Positions 1 to 9,704 of a DNA stretch of 64,000 nt are shown here, in pieces. Each line of letters starts with the position of its first letter. Positions within the stretch are counted from its first letter, which is position 1. The position numbers were made by a program, and so were the translations under genes. The notes below the pieces were generated by a model. That model was given only the letters and a program-made list of their open reading frames with translations. It was not told the origin of the DNA and searched no databases. The stretch is taken from positions 528-64,527 of the forward strand of contig CAWFCQ010000006.1 of the NCBI GenBank assembly GCA_963814375.1. Reading direction: 5' to 3'. This DNA is from an uncultured Chloroflexia bacterium. Lineage in GTDB: Bacteria; Chloroflexota; Limnocylindria; QHBO01.

Positions 1-888
1 CCTACGCCTTCGGCACGACCGACCGCCAGACGGTGGGCGTCCACCTCGACGCCGCCACGCTCGCCGGGTGGCGGGTGCGCACCCAGCTCTTCGTCTTCGA
101 CGACAACGACCACGACGTCGAGATCTCGGGCGTGGCGAGCCGCGTCCGGGGCATCGCGGCGCAGCAGGCACGCGTGCTGCTGCGCGATCGGCGCAGCCGG
201 CGCTGGCACGACCGGCTGCGCCTGCAGTGGGGCTACACGTTCAAGGACATCGAGTACGTCGAGGCCGTCGAGGAGAACCGGCTGATCCAGGGCGACCGCG
301 GCTTCGCGAGCCTCGCCCTCATCGGGGACGAGCGCGACAACCTGACGGACCCCCGGCGCGGCCTCTTCTGGACGGGGCACGGCCGAGCTCGCGCGCACGT
401 GGCTCGCCTCGGACGTCGACTACGTGAGGCTCTACGGGCAGCTCTTCGCCTACCTGCCCGTGGGCCCCGTCGTCTGGGCCCAGGGCTACCGGATCGGGAC
501 CGTGCCCGGGACCGATCCGCTCCTGCTCCTCGAGAACCGCTTCCACGCCGGCGGCCCGACGACGGTGCGCGGCTTCGAGCAGAACGAGCTCGGCCCCCAG
601 ACGACGGCCGGGGACTCCCTCGGAGGCCAGGCGGTCGTGGTCCTGAACCAGGAGCTGCGCTTCCCCCTGTTCGGGAAGCTCAAGGGGGGCGTCTTCTGGG
701 ACGCGGGCAACGTCTGGCAGACCTCGGGGGAGCTCGATCCCCTGGACCTGCGCCAGGCCGTGGGGGCCGGCCTGCGCTACACGTTCCCGTTCGGCCCCGT
801 GCGGTTGGAGTACGCGTGGAGGATCCTCCGCCGCAGGGAGGGCGAGCCCTCCGGCCGTTTCGTGTTCGGCCTGGGCCACGCATTCTGA
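1..888 (+). pseudogene. Omp85/BamA-family outer-membrane beta-barrel protein, C-terminal part (5' end outside window, one frameshift)
   Basis: Two frames together read as a D15/Omp85 barrel: ...GDERDNLTDPRRGLFWT then TAELARTWLASDVDYVRLYGQ...NRFHAGGPTTVRGF...VFWDAGNVW...FVFGLGHAF, ending in an aromatic F. The frames switch at G-run 374-377. Confidence 0.6.
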
Positions 889-1008
889 CCCGAGGGGCCC
901 TGGGGCCCCGACCATGGGACCAACGTCCCATTCCCTTGCAGGGAGCGATCGCGGAGGATTCCCCGGTGGTGGCACTACACTGGCGCGGGCCTTCGCCCTT
1001 CGCCCTCT

Positions 1009-1428
1009 TTGGAGCCTGGATTCGTGGACACGCAGTTCCAGGTCGGGACGCGGGAGCTGGGTCGGAGCCTCGACGCCGTCGAGGCCGCCCTCCGGGCCGA
1101 GGGCATTCGCGACGAGACCGTCCTGGACCTGCGCCTCGTGGCCGAGGAGGTCCTGACGAACGTCGCGCACCATGCGTATCGCGACGACGCCGAGCACTCG
1201 ATCGGGGTCCGGCTCACGGTGCCCGCCGAGAGCGTGACCCTCGAGTTCACGGACGACGGCCCGCCCTTCGATCCGCTGACGGCGCCACGCTGGCTCCCGG
1301 CTGCGGGCGTCGAGCGTCCGATCGGCGGGCTTGGCATCGAGCTGGTGGTGGCCCTGGTCGACGCGGCCGTCTACACCCGGCGTGGTTCGGAGAACGTGCT
1401 CACCCTGATGAAGCGCTTGACCCACTGA
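1009..1428 (+). CDS. anti-sigma factor serine kinase (RsbW/SpoIIAB-like HATPase)
   Basis: 139-aa ORF with motifs EEVLTNVAHHAY, DDGPPFDP and GGLGIELV. Start is TTG 1009 or GTG 1024. It lies next to a STAS gene. Confidence 0.75.
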   Translation: MEPGFVDTQFQVGTRELGRSLDAVEAALRAEGIRDETVLDLRLVAEEVLTNVAHHAYRDDAEHSIGVRLTVPAESVTLEFTDDGPPFDPLTAPRWLPAAGVERPIGGLGIELVVALVDAAVYTRRGSENVLTLMKRLTH

Positions 1429-1505
1429 CGGCCTGAGCGAGGAGCCGAAGAGATGCCTCTCAACGTTCGTGTCGAGGACGGTCGCTCCCGGACGAGAAGA
1501 CGATC

Positions 1506-1829
1506 GTGCTCGAGGGCCGCCTCGACAGCGAGAGCGTCGGCGCGCTCGACGAAGCGCTCGACGCGGTGCTGGCGTCTGCGGTCCAGGTCGTCGTCTTCGA
1601 CCTGACCAGGCTCGAGTACATCACCAGCGCCGGCCTGCGCTCGATCTTCCGGGTGCAGAAAGCGATGCACGCGAAGGCCGGGAAATCCCTGCTGCTGAAC
1701 CCCACTCCCCAGGTGAAGAAGGTGCTCGAGATCGTCACGATCCCGGAGCTCGGCACGCTGTTCAAGGATCTCGAGGAGCTCGACGCCTATCTCGACGCGA
1801 TGCAGAAGAAAGCCGCGGACGGCGAGTAG
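1506..1829 (+). CDS. STAS-domain anti-sigma factor antagonist (RsbV/SpoIIAA-like)
   Basis: 107-aa ORF: LEGRLDSESVGALDEAL..DLTRLEYITSAGLRSI. A typical N-terminus (ATG 1453, MPLNVRVEDGR) sits in another frame, so an indel near 1478-1490 may split the gene. Confidence 0.8.
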   Translation: MLEGRLDSESVGALDEALDAVLASAVQVVVFDLTRLEYITSAGLRSIFRVQKAMHAKAGKSLLLNPTPQVKKVLEIVTIPELGTLFKDLEELDAYLDAMQKKAADGE

Positions 1830-1874
1830 CTTTCGACTGGGCGCGACAGGGACGGGGTTGGGGGTGGCAGGGGC

Positions 1875-3155
1875 ATGACCATCGCTCGACGATCCTGCTG
1901 CTCGTCGGCCTGGCCCCGCTGATCCTCCTGGTCCTCGGCCTGCTCAGCCGCTCCGAGCTGGCGGGGATCGAGTTCCGCAGCCGGTTCGTGGCCGAAAAGC
2001 AGGTGCCGAGCCTCTCCGCACTGGGGAACATCTGGCGCGTTGGAGATGCGCGTAGCGCTGCGCGATCACCTGCTCGCGCGACGCGGCCGGGCGGACGAAG
2101 GCGCGCGGGGCGTTCGACGCGCGCAGGGCCGAGCTCGACCAGCTCCTCCGGAGCTACGCCGACACGCTCGTCTCGGACGACCGCGACCGCCGGTCGCTCG
2201 ACGAGTTCCGGGCGCAGGGCAACGAGTGGACGACCGCGGCGACGGAGATCATGGCGCTGTCGGACGCCGGCCGTGCCGCAGACGGCGCGGGCCTGCTGGC
2301 CGGCGGCCGCATGGCCGCGCTCGGCGCGCACACCGGAGAGGCCCTCCGCGAGTGGGTCGCGCACAACCAGGACCTGGCCGCGAGCGCCGCCGCCGCCGCC
2401 CTGGGCGACCTCGAGAGCGCGCGGCGTCACACGTTCGTCGCCCTGGGCCTCGCGTTGCTGCTGTCGGGCGGCCTCGGCCTGCTGACCTTCCGCAGCATCG
2501 TCGGCCCGATCCGCGCGCTCGAGGCCTCGGTGGAGTCGATCGTGGGCGGCGACTTCGGCGTGGCGGTGCCCTTCACGCACGCGGTGGACAAGTCGCTCCT
2601 GGCGCGGTCGATCGACGTCCTGAGGCGCGGGGCCGCGACGATGGAGGACCAGCGCTGGGTCAAGTCCAACGTGGCGACGCTCACCGGCAACCTGCAAGGG
2701 GCCGCGACGCTCGCCGAGTTCGGCGAGCGCCTGCTCTCGGACCTGGTGCCGGCGCTCAGCGGGGAGTCGCGGCCTTCCACGCTCTCGACGCCGGCGAGAC
2801 GCGGCTGCGGCGGGTCTCCCACTACGGCCTGTCGGCGTCGAGCCTGGGCGACGAGTGGACCAGCCTCGGCGACGGGCTCGCCGGCCAGTGCGCGCGCGAA
2901 GGCAGGCCGGTCCACCTCGCGGGCCTGCCTCCGGACTACCTGCGCGTCGCCTCGGGCCTCGGCGGGGCCGCGCCGACCCAGGCGGTCGCCTGGCCGCTCG
3001 CGTCGCGCGACACGCTGCTCGCGGTGCTCGAGGTCGCCTCCTTTCGCGCGTCGACTGCTGGTCCATTCCAGCTTCCTCTTCGGAGTTCCATGGACCCAAA
3101 AGCTGAGCAAGAACAACCGAGTTGCCTGCGCGTGCCTGAGTTCGCGGCGCGCTAG
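1875..3155 (+). pseudogene. membrane sensor with 4-helix-bundle, HAMP and GAF domains; frameshifted and truncated (probable RsbU/SpoIIE-type phosphatase that lost its PP2C part)
   Basis: TM segment ILLLVGLAPLILLVLGLL, HAMP (FRSIVGPIRALEASVESIVGGDF) and GAF (LGDGLAGQCAREGRPVHL...LLAVLEVASFRA) lie in three different frames. Switches are near 1885, 2040, 2075-2100 and 2760. Homology stops at ~3050, where composition changes. Confidence 0.55.
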
Positions 3156-5823
3156 CGCCACGTCGTTACCGTGATCGCGGCCAGCGCGTCGACGGTTTCG
3201 TCGTCGGCGTGCCTCACTAAGGAACTCAACATAGTCGCTCGCGGAACTCCGCTGACCTCAGGCAACGAGGCGATCGATGCGGGGCGCCATCCTTCCGGAT
3301 CCCAATCGAGGAGGGCTGTGAGCAACTCACCTCCGCCTTCCACTTGGAGCGCGTACTTGACGTGACTGGCGTAGCGCCTGACCCAAAGCCTGAGTAGGCC
3401 GAGGAAGCCGTCAGCATGCGCGCTCACGAGCGATCTCCATGCGTCGCGCTTGGCTCGCACGGACCCGTGCGCGAGCACGAGGAGCACCGATCTTGACTCT
3501 ACCCACACCAGCGAGCAGACGTTCGCCCCGTGATACCGCAGCGGCCAGGTCCCCACGCGCTCTTTGACATTGCCCATCGCACGGACCCCCAACGTGTTCA
3601 GCGACGGCCAGCGCGGGTGCTATCTCGCCGGCTAGGCGGGGGTCTGTGGGGCCTGCGCCCATTTCGCGACTAGCGGCCACGATTTCCTCGCGGCTGGCAC
3701 CCGCGAGGAACAAGAAGCTCAACAAGGCGCGCGAAAAGGGTCGCATTCGATGCTCCCAGGCTTGACCTATCCCTCGTCGCCTCGCGGATGGCGACGATTG
3801 CCTCGGCGAGCCGACCCTCGGCAGCTCTGACACCGGCTAGGCCGTGGTAGGCCTGAGCCCGGGGACGGGGCCACGAGCGCAACGGCGAGTTCCTTCAATG
3901 GCGATCGCCGAGGCGAGATCGAGTCGCCGTCGAGGACGAGGGCGTGAGTGAGGTCCTCGTTGTCAGCGAATGGATGAGTCGGCGACTCCGCCCAGAACCT
4001 CGCTGCCCTGTCGAGATTCGTAACTGCGTCCTTGATCTCACCCATGCGGAGCTGCATCTCTCCGATGTTATGGAGTCCGATTGCTGCAAAGTGGTCCAAG
4101 CCGAGCGCAGAGGCCTCGACGACTATCCGTTGGCAATCCCGGACAGCCTCCGAGAGATGGCCTGCAAGTCGGGTCTTGGTCACCGCAACATTTCCTTGCA
4201 GTCGCAGTCGTGTACTGCTCGCGGCATCTGGCACGATTGCCAATCCGGCCTGCGCAGCCTCCGCAGCCCGTTCGGCGTAGCCTGCGTTGACAAGACCGTA
4301 CTCAGCTTCAGGAGGCCGAGCGCCTCCATTCGACGATCGGCTTTGCGCGCGAAGTACGTGCGGGCACGCTCCAACGATTCGAGCGCCCCAGCCCAATCTC
4401 CACGGATGCCCAATGCCTCGCCGTATAGGAGGCTTAGTCGCGCGTTCTGTTTGATCGTGTCATCCGGAAGCTGTCGTATCCACTCGTCGACGAGACTCGA
4501 GCGCGACCTGACGACACGACATCCTCGCCGTACTTGGCAATTAAGCCGCGCGGCCTGTCGTTGCAGGCCGGCTCTCAGGTAGTGATGGATCGCCGCTGGC
4601 CACTGTTCGGTCGTCTCGAAGTACGAGGCAGCGTGAATGTGCAGCCCTATCACCTCGGACTCTGATCGTTCTGCAACGAGGCGGCGCTCGAGGAAGTCGC
4701 GAAAGAGGTTGTGGTACGGAAGCGATGTTCGTCGAGGCGATGTGTGAAGAGCCCTCGATGCTCAAGCTCCGACAACTCTTGCCTACCGTCGTGCGCGCCC
4801 GTGAGGCGCTCCGCCACTTCCGGGGTAATCTGCTGGAGGATTGAGGTGGAGAGCAGGAAGTTGCGGGTCTCTTCGGGCTGCTGGTCGAGCACTTCCTCAG
4901 CCAGGAAGTCGAATAGGTCGCTGTCCCTGGTGGCTGTGATGGAGTGAATGAATTCCCGGCGCTCATCCACGGAAGACCGATCTCGAAGAGAGACCTCGAC
5001 CAACTGAAGCGATGCGGCCCACCCCTCAGTACGCCTTTCGAGCTCGGCGACTTCCGCCGGATCGAGCGGATCGTTGTAGATGTCGCGGAATAGTTCGGTG
5101 ATCTCCGGTTCGGTGAAGCCGAAGCGCATCGGTTCGGAGCTCCGCGTAGCCGGCGTGGGTCTTGAAACGGGCGAACTGGAGCTTCGGCTTGACACGTGAG
5201 GCGAACACGAAGCGGCACGTCGGCGGCGCGTCGCGGAGGATCTGGTTCCAGAGGCCACGGACCTCCGTAACCGCGTTGACGTACTGCCAGTCATCGATGA
5301 TGAAAGTGCACGGCTCGGTCAGTTGCTGGTGCATCTCGGCCAAGAGGTAGGCGGCGACACCTGGTCGCGACGACCCTGGACCGCCCATCTGCTGGAGCAT
5401 CGAGTGCGCCCGTCGACCGAAGCCCTTATGGCGCTTGCTGATCGCCTCGATCAGGTACGAGATGTGGAAAGTCCAGTCTCGGTCGTTGCGATCGAACTTG
5501 TACCAGTAGCAGGGGAAGTCGACCTCGCGTTCCCACTGGTACAGGAGTGTCGTCTTGCCATACCCGGCATCGGCCGCGATCACGGCGGCTCGGCAGTTGG
5601 CTGCCTCATTCAGCCAGTCCAGAAGGCGGGCTCGACGAAGGATCGGTGTCGCATAGTGAGGCGACGCGACCTTGTTAAGGATGAGCGGGTAAGCGTGAGT
5701 GATATCCGACAATCCAGGGCTCCATCGGGCCGGGCCACCGAGACTGTAGCGGGCGCCGATTATCAGCCGCTTATCGCGACGATGACAATGGTCGGCGTCA
5801 GTCGGACCACGCGGGTTCGGCAT
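3152..5823 (-). pseudogene. STAND (MalT-like) P-loop NTPase with TPR-like C-terminal repeats, multiply frameshifted
   Basis: The N-terminal region ILNKVASP..RARLLDWL..VIAADAGYGKTTLLYQW..FIIDDWQ is MalT-like. The reading then continues through at least 5 different minus-strand ORF fragments (5026-6330, 4650-5294, 4180-4653, 3767-4396, 3411-3833, 3152-3592). GC is lower than in the flanks. No LuxR HTH was seen. Confidence 0.6.
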
Positions 5824-5842
5824 TCGGCTAGAGTTCGCGGCG

Positions 5843-6376
5843 GTGCGCGCCTTCATCGGCCTTGGGGGGAATCTCGGCGAGCCTGCGGTCGCCTTCCGTG
5901 CGGCTGTCGCCGAGCTTCGAGCCATCGGCCAGGTCGTTCGGGTCTCTTCGCTGTATGACAGCGCCCCGCGCGGCAGGCCGGACCAGCCGCACTTTCTCAA
6001 CGCCGCGCTCGAGCTCGAGACCGATCTTGCGCCGACCGATCTGCTCGCGGAGCTGAAGCGCCTGGAGCAGGCGCTCGGGCGGGACCTGAGCGCGCGCCGA
6101 TGGAGTCCGCGGCCGATCGACCTGGACATCCTCTCGTTCGACGGCCTCTGCGTGACCGATACCGACATCGACCTCATCGTGCCCCACCCGCGATTCCACG
6201 AGCGCCGCTTCGCCCTCGAGCCCGTGGCCGAGCTGGATCCGTTGCTGCTGCCGTGGCGCAACTGCTCGGACCTGCGCGTGGACGTCTCCGTCGCGGACCT
6301 GCTGCCGACCGTCGCCAACCAGGAGGTCATGCGGGTCGGAGGTCCCGACTGGGCCGATCCCCAGTCGCGCAGCTAG
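5843..6376 (+). CDS. folK: 2-amino-4-hydroxy-6-hydroxymethyldihydropteridine pyrophosphokinase (HPPK)
   Basis: 177-aa ORF: FIGLGGNLG...SSLYDSAP...PRPIDLDIL...VPHPRFHERRFAL. Confidence 0.9.
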   Translation: MRAFIGLGGNLGEPAVAFRAAVAELRAIGQVVRVSSLYDSAPRGRPDQPHFLNAALELETDLAPTDLLAELKRLEQALGRDLSARRWSPRPIDLDILSFDGLCVTDTDIDLIVPHPRFHERRFALEPVAELDPLLLPWRNCSDLRVDVSVADLLPTVANQEVMRVGGPDWADPQSRS

Positions 6377-6387
6377 CGGCAACCGTC

Positions 6388-6536
6388 AAATTCACACCAG
6401 GTAACCGTTAGGTGGCGTCGGGCGCGCTGAACGGTCACTCAAAGTCGCTGGCGGTCACCTGGTGTGAATCCGGACGCTTCGCGGCCCGAATCGTGGCCTA
6501 ACGCCCATCAGGTGTGAATTTGGGAGGTTCACCCGC
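6388..6536. mobile_element. MITE-like ~149-bp element, copy 1 (ATTCACA...GGTGTGAAT family)
   Basis: Aligns over its full length with 6798-6946 and 59548-59695. Shared blocks are ATTCACA, GAACGGTCA, GGTGTGAAT, TAACGC and GGTGTGAATTT. The terminal ~28 nt are imperfect inverted repeats. Confidence 0.6.
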
Positions 6537-6538
6537 CT

Positions 6539-6646
6539 GCCGATGGAGTGCGCGGCCCATCGACCTGGACATCCTCTCGTTCGATGGCCTCTGCGTGACC
6601 GATACCGACGTCCACCTGATCGTGCCCCATCCGCGATTCCACGAGC
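6539..6646 (+). pseudogene. duplicated internal fragment of folK (copy of 6096-6204, ~92% identical, no indels)
   Basis: Direct nucleotide alignment. It encodes RPIDLDILSFDGLCVTDTD.HLIVPHPRFHE and has no start or N-terminal half. Confidence 0.75.
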
Positions 6647-6754
6647 GACCCATTCGACCGCATGCTGGTCGCGCAGGCCCAGCTGGAAGGCCTGGTGCTC
6701 ATCTCGGCGGACCAGCAGCTCGCCGCATACGAGGTCGAGACGTTGCCGGCCTGA
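6647..6754 (+). pseudogene. C-terminal remnant of a PIN-domain (VapC-type) toxin
   Basis: The frame starting at 6647 reads DPFDRMLVAQAQLEGLVLISADQQLAAYEVETLPA-stop. This is the typical DPFDR.L.AQA tail of PIN toxins. No N-terminal part or antitoxin is present. Confidence 0.55.
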
Positions 6755-6797
6755 GGCCGCTGCAAAGCAGCCACGCGGCCCTGCGTGCATACCGTCC

Positions 6798-6946
6798 GGA
6801 TTCACATGTGGTGACCATAATGTCGCGCGCTAGGCGGTGAACGGTCATTCAGAGCCGCCGGCGCCCACCTGGTGTGAATGGGGACGTTTCGGGGCCGGTA
6901 TGCGCACTAACGCCCATCGGGTGTGAATTTGGGAGGTTCACCCGCG
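6798..6946. mobile_element. MITE-like ~149-bp element, copy 2
   Basis: Same orientation and length as copy 1. The last 25 nt (GTGTGAATTTGGGAGGTTCACCCGC) are identical to copy 1. Confidence 0.6.
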
Positions 6947-6965
6947 CGCCGAGAGTGTGGAACGG

Positions 6966-7967
6966 CTAGAGGCGCACCTTCGGTGGGTTGCCGGTGTCCC
7001 ACATGTGGACGGTGTCGATGAAGCGGACGAGGCCGCCGGCGTAGGACAGCATCAGCGAGTGGGTGCGCGCTCCGCCGCCGAAGAAGCGGACGCCGCGCAG
7101 GAGCTCGCCATCGGTCACGCCGGTGGCGCAGAACACGACGTTGTTGCCCGACGCAAGGTCGTCGGTGGTGTAGACGCGCTCGGTGTCGTCGACGTCGACG
7201 CCCATGCCGCGCGCCCGCTCCTTCTCCTCGGGTGAGCGCCACTTGAAGCGGGCCTGGATCTCGCCGCCGAGGCACTTCAGCGCCGCCGCCGCCAGCACCC
7301 CCTCGGGCGCCCCGCCGATGCCCATCACCGCGTGCACGCCGGTGCCGGAGACCGCACAGCTGATGGCGGCGGTCAGGTCGCCGTCGCTGATGAGCTTGAT
7401 GCGGGCGCCGGCCGCGCGGACATCGGCGATGAGCTGCTCGTGGCGCGGCCGGTCGAGGATGACGACGGTGATGTCCCACACGTTGCGGCCGAGCCGCTCG
7501 GCGATCGTCTGGAGCGTGGTGGCGACCGGGTCGTTGATCGAGACGTGGCCGGTGACCATCGGCCCGACGACGAGCTTCTCGAGGTAGGTGTCCGGCGCGT
7601 GCATCAGGCCGCCGGGCTCGGAGGCCGCCAGCACCGCGGTCGCGTTCGCGGATCCGGTGGCGACGAGGTTCGTGCCCTCCAGCGGGTCGACGGCGATGTC
7701 GATCGAGTGCGCCGCCTCTGAGTTGCCGACCTGCTCGCCGATGAAGAGCATCGGCGCCTCGTCGCGCTCGCCCTCGCCGATGACGATCGTGCCGGAGATC
7801 TCGGCGTCGTCCATGGCCTTGCGCATCGCGGTGACGGCGGCCTGGTCCGCGCCGTCCCGGTCGCCGCGGCCCATGAGCCGAGCCGCGGCGATGGCGCCGG
7901 CCTCGGTGGCGCGGATGGCCTCCGCGATGATGACCTTGTCGATCCGCTTCGACGTCGGCTCGATCAT
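6966..7967 (-). CDS. glpX: fructose-1,6-bisphosphatase class II
   Basis: 333-aa reading from [12 protein letters not shown]... with GlpX-type motifs ([16 protein letters not shown]). The start shares one base with the purH stop (TGATG). Confidence 0.9.
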   Translation of the reverse strand: MIEPTSKRIDKVIIAEAIRATEAGAIAAARLMGRGDRDGADQAAVTAMRKAMDDAEISGTIVIGEGERDEAPMLFIGEQVGNSEAAHSIDIAVDPLEGTNLVATGSANATAVLAASEPGGLMHAPDTYLEKLVVGPMVTGHVSINDPVATTLQTIAERLGRNVWDITVVILDRPRHEQLIADVRAAGARIKLISDGDLTAAISCAVSGTGVHAVMGIGGAPEGVLAAAALKCLGGEIQARFKWRSPEEKERARGMGVDVDDTERVYTTDDLASGNNVVFCATGVTDGELLRGVRFFGGGARTHSLMLSYAGGLVRFIDTVHMWDTGNPPKVRL

Positions 7968-9514
7968 CAGTGCTTGAAGTGGCGGCGGCCGGTGAAGACC
8001 ATCGCCATGTGGTGGCGGTCGGCGACCTCGATCGCCATCTCGTCGCGGATGCTGCCGCCGGGCTGGATGATCGCCGTCACCCCGGCCTGCGCGGCGATCT
8101 GGATGCCATCGGGGAACGGGAAGTAGGCGTCGGACGCCATCACCGACAGCGGCGCCCGCTCGCCGGCCTTGCGCAGCGCGACCTCGACGGAGACCACGCG
8201 GGACGGCTGGCCGGCGCCCATGCCCACCATCGCGTGCTTCTTGGCCAGCACCACCGCGTTCGACTTCACGTGACGCACGGCCCGCCACGCGAACAGCAGG
8301 TCGGTCAGCTCCTCCAGCGTGGGCCGCCGCTGGGTGACCGGCTGGAGCTTGTCGCGGTCCTCCTCCATCTCGTCGAAGGTCTGGACCAGCAGCCCGCCGC
8401 CGATGCGCTTGAAGTCGAATCGGCCGATCCCGAGGTCGTCCGCCCCGACCTCCGCCGGCGGGATCTCGACGATCTCGAAGCCACGCTTGGTGCGCAGGAT
8501 CTCGAGCGCCTCCGGCGTGTAGCCGGGCGCCACGATGGCCTCGAAGAAGCCCGGGCGGATGGCCCGGGCGGTGCCGTCGTCGATCATCCGGTTGGCGCCG
8601 ATGACGCCGCCGTAGGCGCTGACGCTGTCGCCCTCGAGCGCCAGGCGGAACGCCTCGGCGAGGTCGACCACCGAGGCGAGGCCGCACGGGTTGCCGTGCT
8701 TGACGATGCAGACCGCCGGCGTCTTGAAGTCGCTCGCGATGCTCCACGCCGCGTCGAGGTCGAGCAGGTTGTTGAAGGAGAGGTCCTTGCCGGCGATCTG
8801 GTGCGCGGCGCTGATGCTGCCGCCGGCGTGGGCCGGATCGGTGTAGAAGGCGCCGAGCTGATGCGGGTTCTCGCCGTAGCGCAGGTCGCCCTTCTTCTCG
8901 ACCACCATCGTCAGCCGCGACGGGAAGACGGTGCCGGCGGCGGAGTTGAGGTAGCTCGCGATCTGGGCGTCGTAGGCCGCGGTCAGCGCGAACGCCTCGG
9001 CCGCCAGCTTCTGCCGCGTCTCGGGGCTGACCCCGCCGAGCGTCTTGATGTCGCGCAGGACCGATGCGTACTGCGTCGGGCTCGAGACCGCCGCCACCCC
9101 GGGGAAGTTCTTCGCCGCCGCCCGCAGCAGCGCCACGCCGCCGATGTCGATCTGCTCCAGCGCCTGGTCGAGCCCCGTGTCCGGCTCGCGCACGGTCTGG
9201 GCGAACGGGTAGAGGTTGACGACCACGATGTCGATCTGCTCGATGCCGCTCTCGGCCAGCTCATTGAGGTGATCGGTCTGATCGCGACGCGCGAGCAGCC
9301 CGGCGAAGATCTTCGGATGAAGCGTCTTGACGCGGCCGCCCAGGATCTCGGAGGTGTCGGTCAGATCGCTGACCGGCCGGATGTCGGCGATGCCCGCATC
9401 GGTCAGGTGGGCGCGCGTTCCGTCGGTGGCGAATGCCTCGATGCCGGCATCGGTCAGGCCGCGGGCGAGCTCGACGATGCCTTCGCGGTCACTGACGGAG
9501 AGAAGCGCGCGCAA
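7967..9514 (-). CDS. purH: bifunctional AICAR transformylase / IMP cyclohydrolase
   Basis: 515-aa intact ORF: [17 protein letters not shown]...[12 protein letters not shown]...VKHGNPCG...[12 protein letters not shown] start. Confidence 0.95.
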   Translation of the reverse strand: MRALLSVSDREGIVELARGLTDAGIEAFATDGTRAHLTDAGIADIRPVSDLTDTSEILGGRVKTLHPKIFAGLLARRDQTDHLNELAESGIEQIDIVVVNLYPFAQTVREPDTGLDQALEQIDIGGVALLRAAAKNFPGVAAVSSPTQYASVLRDIKTLGGVSPETRQKLAAEAFALTAAYDAQIASYLNSAAGTVFPSRLTMVVEKKGDLRYGENPHQLGAFYTDPAHAGGSISAAHQIAGKDLSFNNLLDLDAAWSIASDFKTPAVCIVKHGNPCGLASVVDLAEAFRLALEGDSVSAYGGVIGANRMIDDGTARAIRPGFFEAIVAPGYTPEALEILRTKRGFEIVEIPPAEVGADDLGIGRFDFKRIGGGLLVQTFDEMEEDRDKLQPVTQRRPTLEELTDLLFAWRAVRHVKSNAVVLAKKHAMVGMGAGQPSRVVSVEVALRKAGERAPLSVMASDAYFPFPDGIQIAAQAGVTAIIQPGGSIRDEMAIEVADRHHMAMVFTGRRHFKH

Positions 9515-9558
9515 TCGACATCCCCTGTCTGAATGGGCCGGAGTGCGTCGGGCCTCCG

Positions 9559-9586
9559 ATTATAGGTGCGGCCCTTATCGGACTAA
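9559..9586 (-). promoter_or_regulatory. candidate sigma-70-type promoter for purH (TTAGTC-N16-TATAAT on minus strand)
   Basis: A perfect TATAAT lies at 9559-9564 (complement) and a -35-like TTAGTC at 9581-9586. It sits ~45 nt upstream of the purH start. Confidence 0.3.
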
Positions 9587-9704
9587 CGCCAGACCGTGCG
9601 CCGCGTTGACACTCATGGGTCCGGGTAGCAGGTTGGCGGCTCTGGCCGTCAGGGCAGCCTTGCTGCCCGGGCCCGTTCGCGTTGTTTGCTAGACTGCCGC
9701 CCCG

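Noticed and set aside
33-1436. 467-aa ORF from the track spanning the Omp85 fragment and the RsbW-like gene
   Set aside because: Only its first ~115 codons look like protein (Omp85). The rest is Arg/Pro/Gly-rich read-through in the wrong frame over genes that are read convincingly in other frames.
6388-6536. c-di-AMP (ydaO-type) riboswitch, because of GGTGTGAATC and CCCGAATC...CTAAC blocks
   Set aside because: The resemblance is limited to two short blocks. The element has terminal inverted repeats and occurs in three copies. It lies downstream of genes or between convergent genes rather than in 5' leaders.
6514-6840. 108-aa ORF as a real gene
   Set aside because: It is a chimera of a duplicated folK fragment followed by out-of-frame PIN-remnant sequence and repeat DNA. 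It has no start context or complete domain.
9515-9704. ZTP (pfl) or purine riboswitch upstream of purH
   Set aside because: The minus-strand leader is only about 45-55 nt after a TATAAT box. It lacks the GGGUCGUGACUGGCG / CCGCCUGGGC blocks and the purine-riboswitch junction consensus. GGTCTGGCG alone is insufficient.
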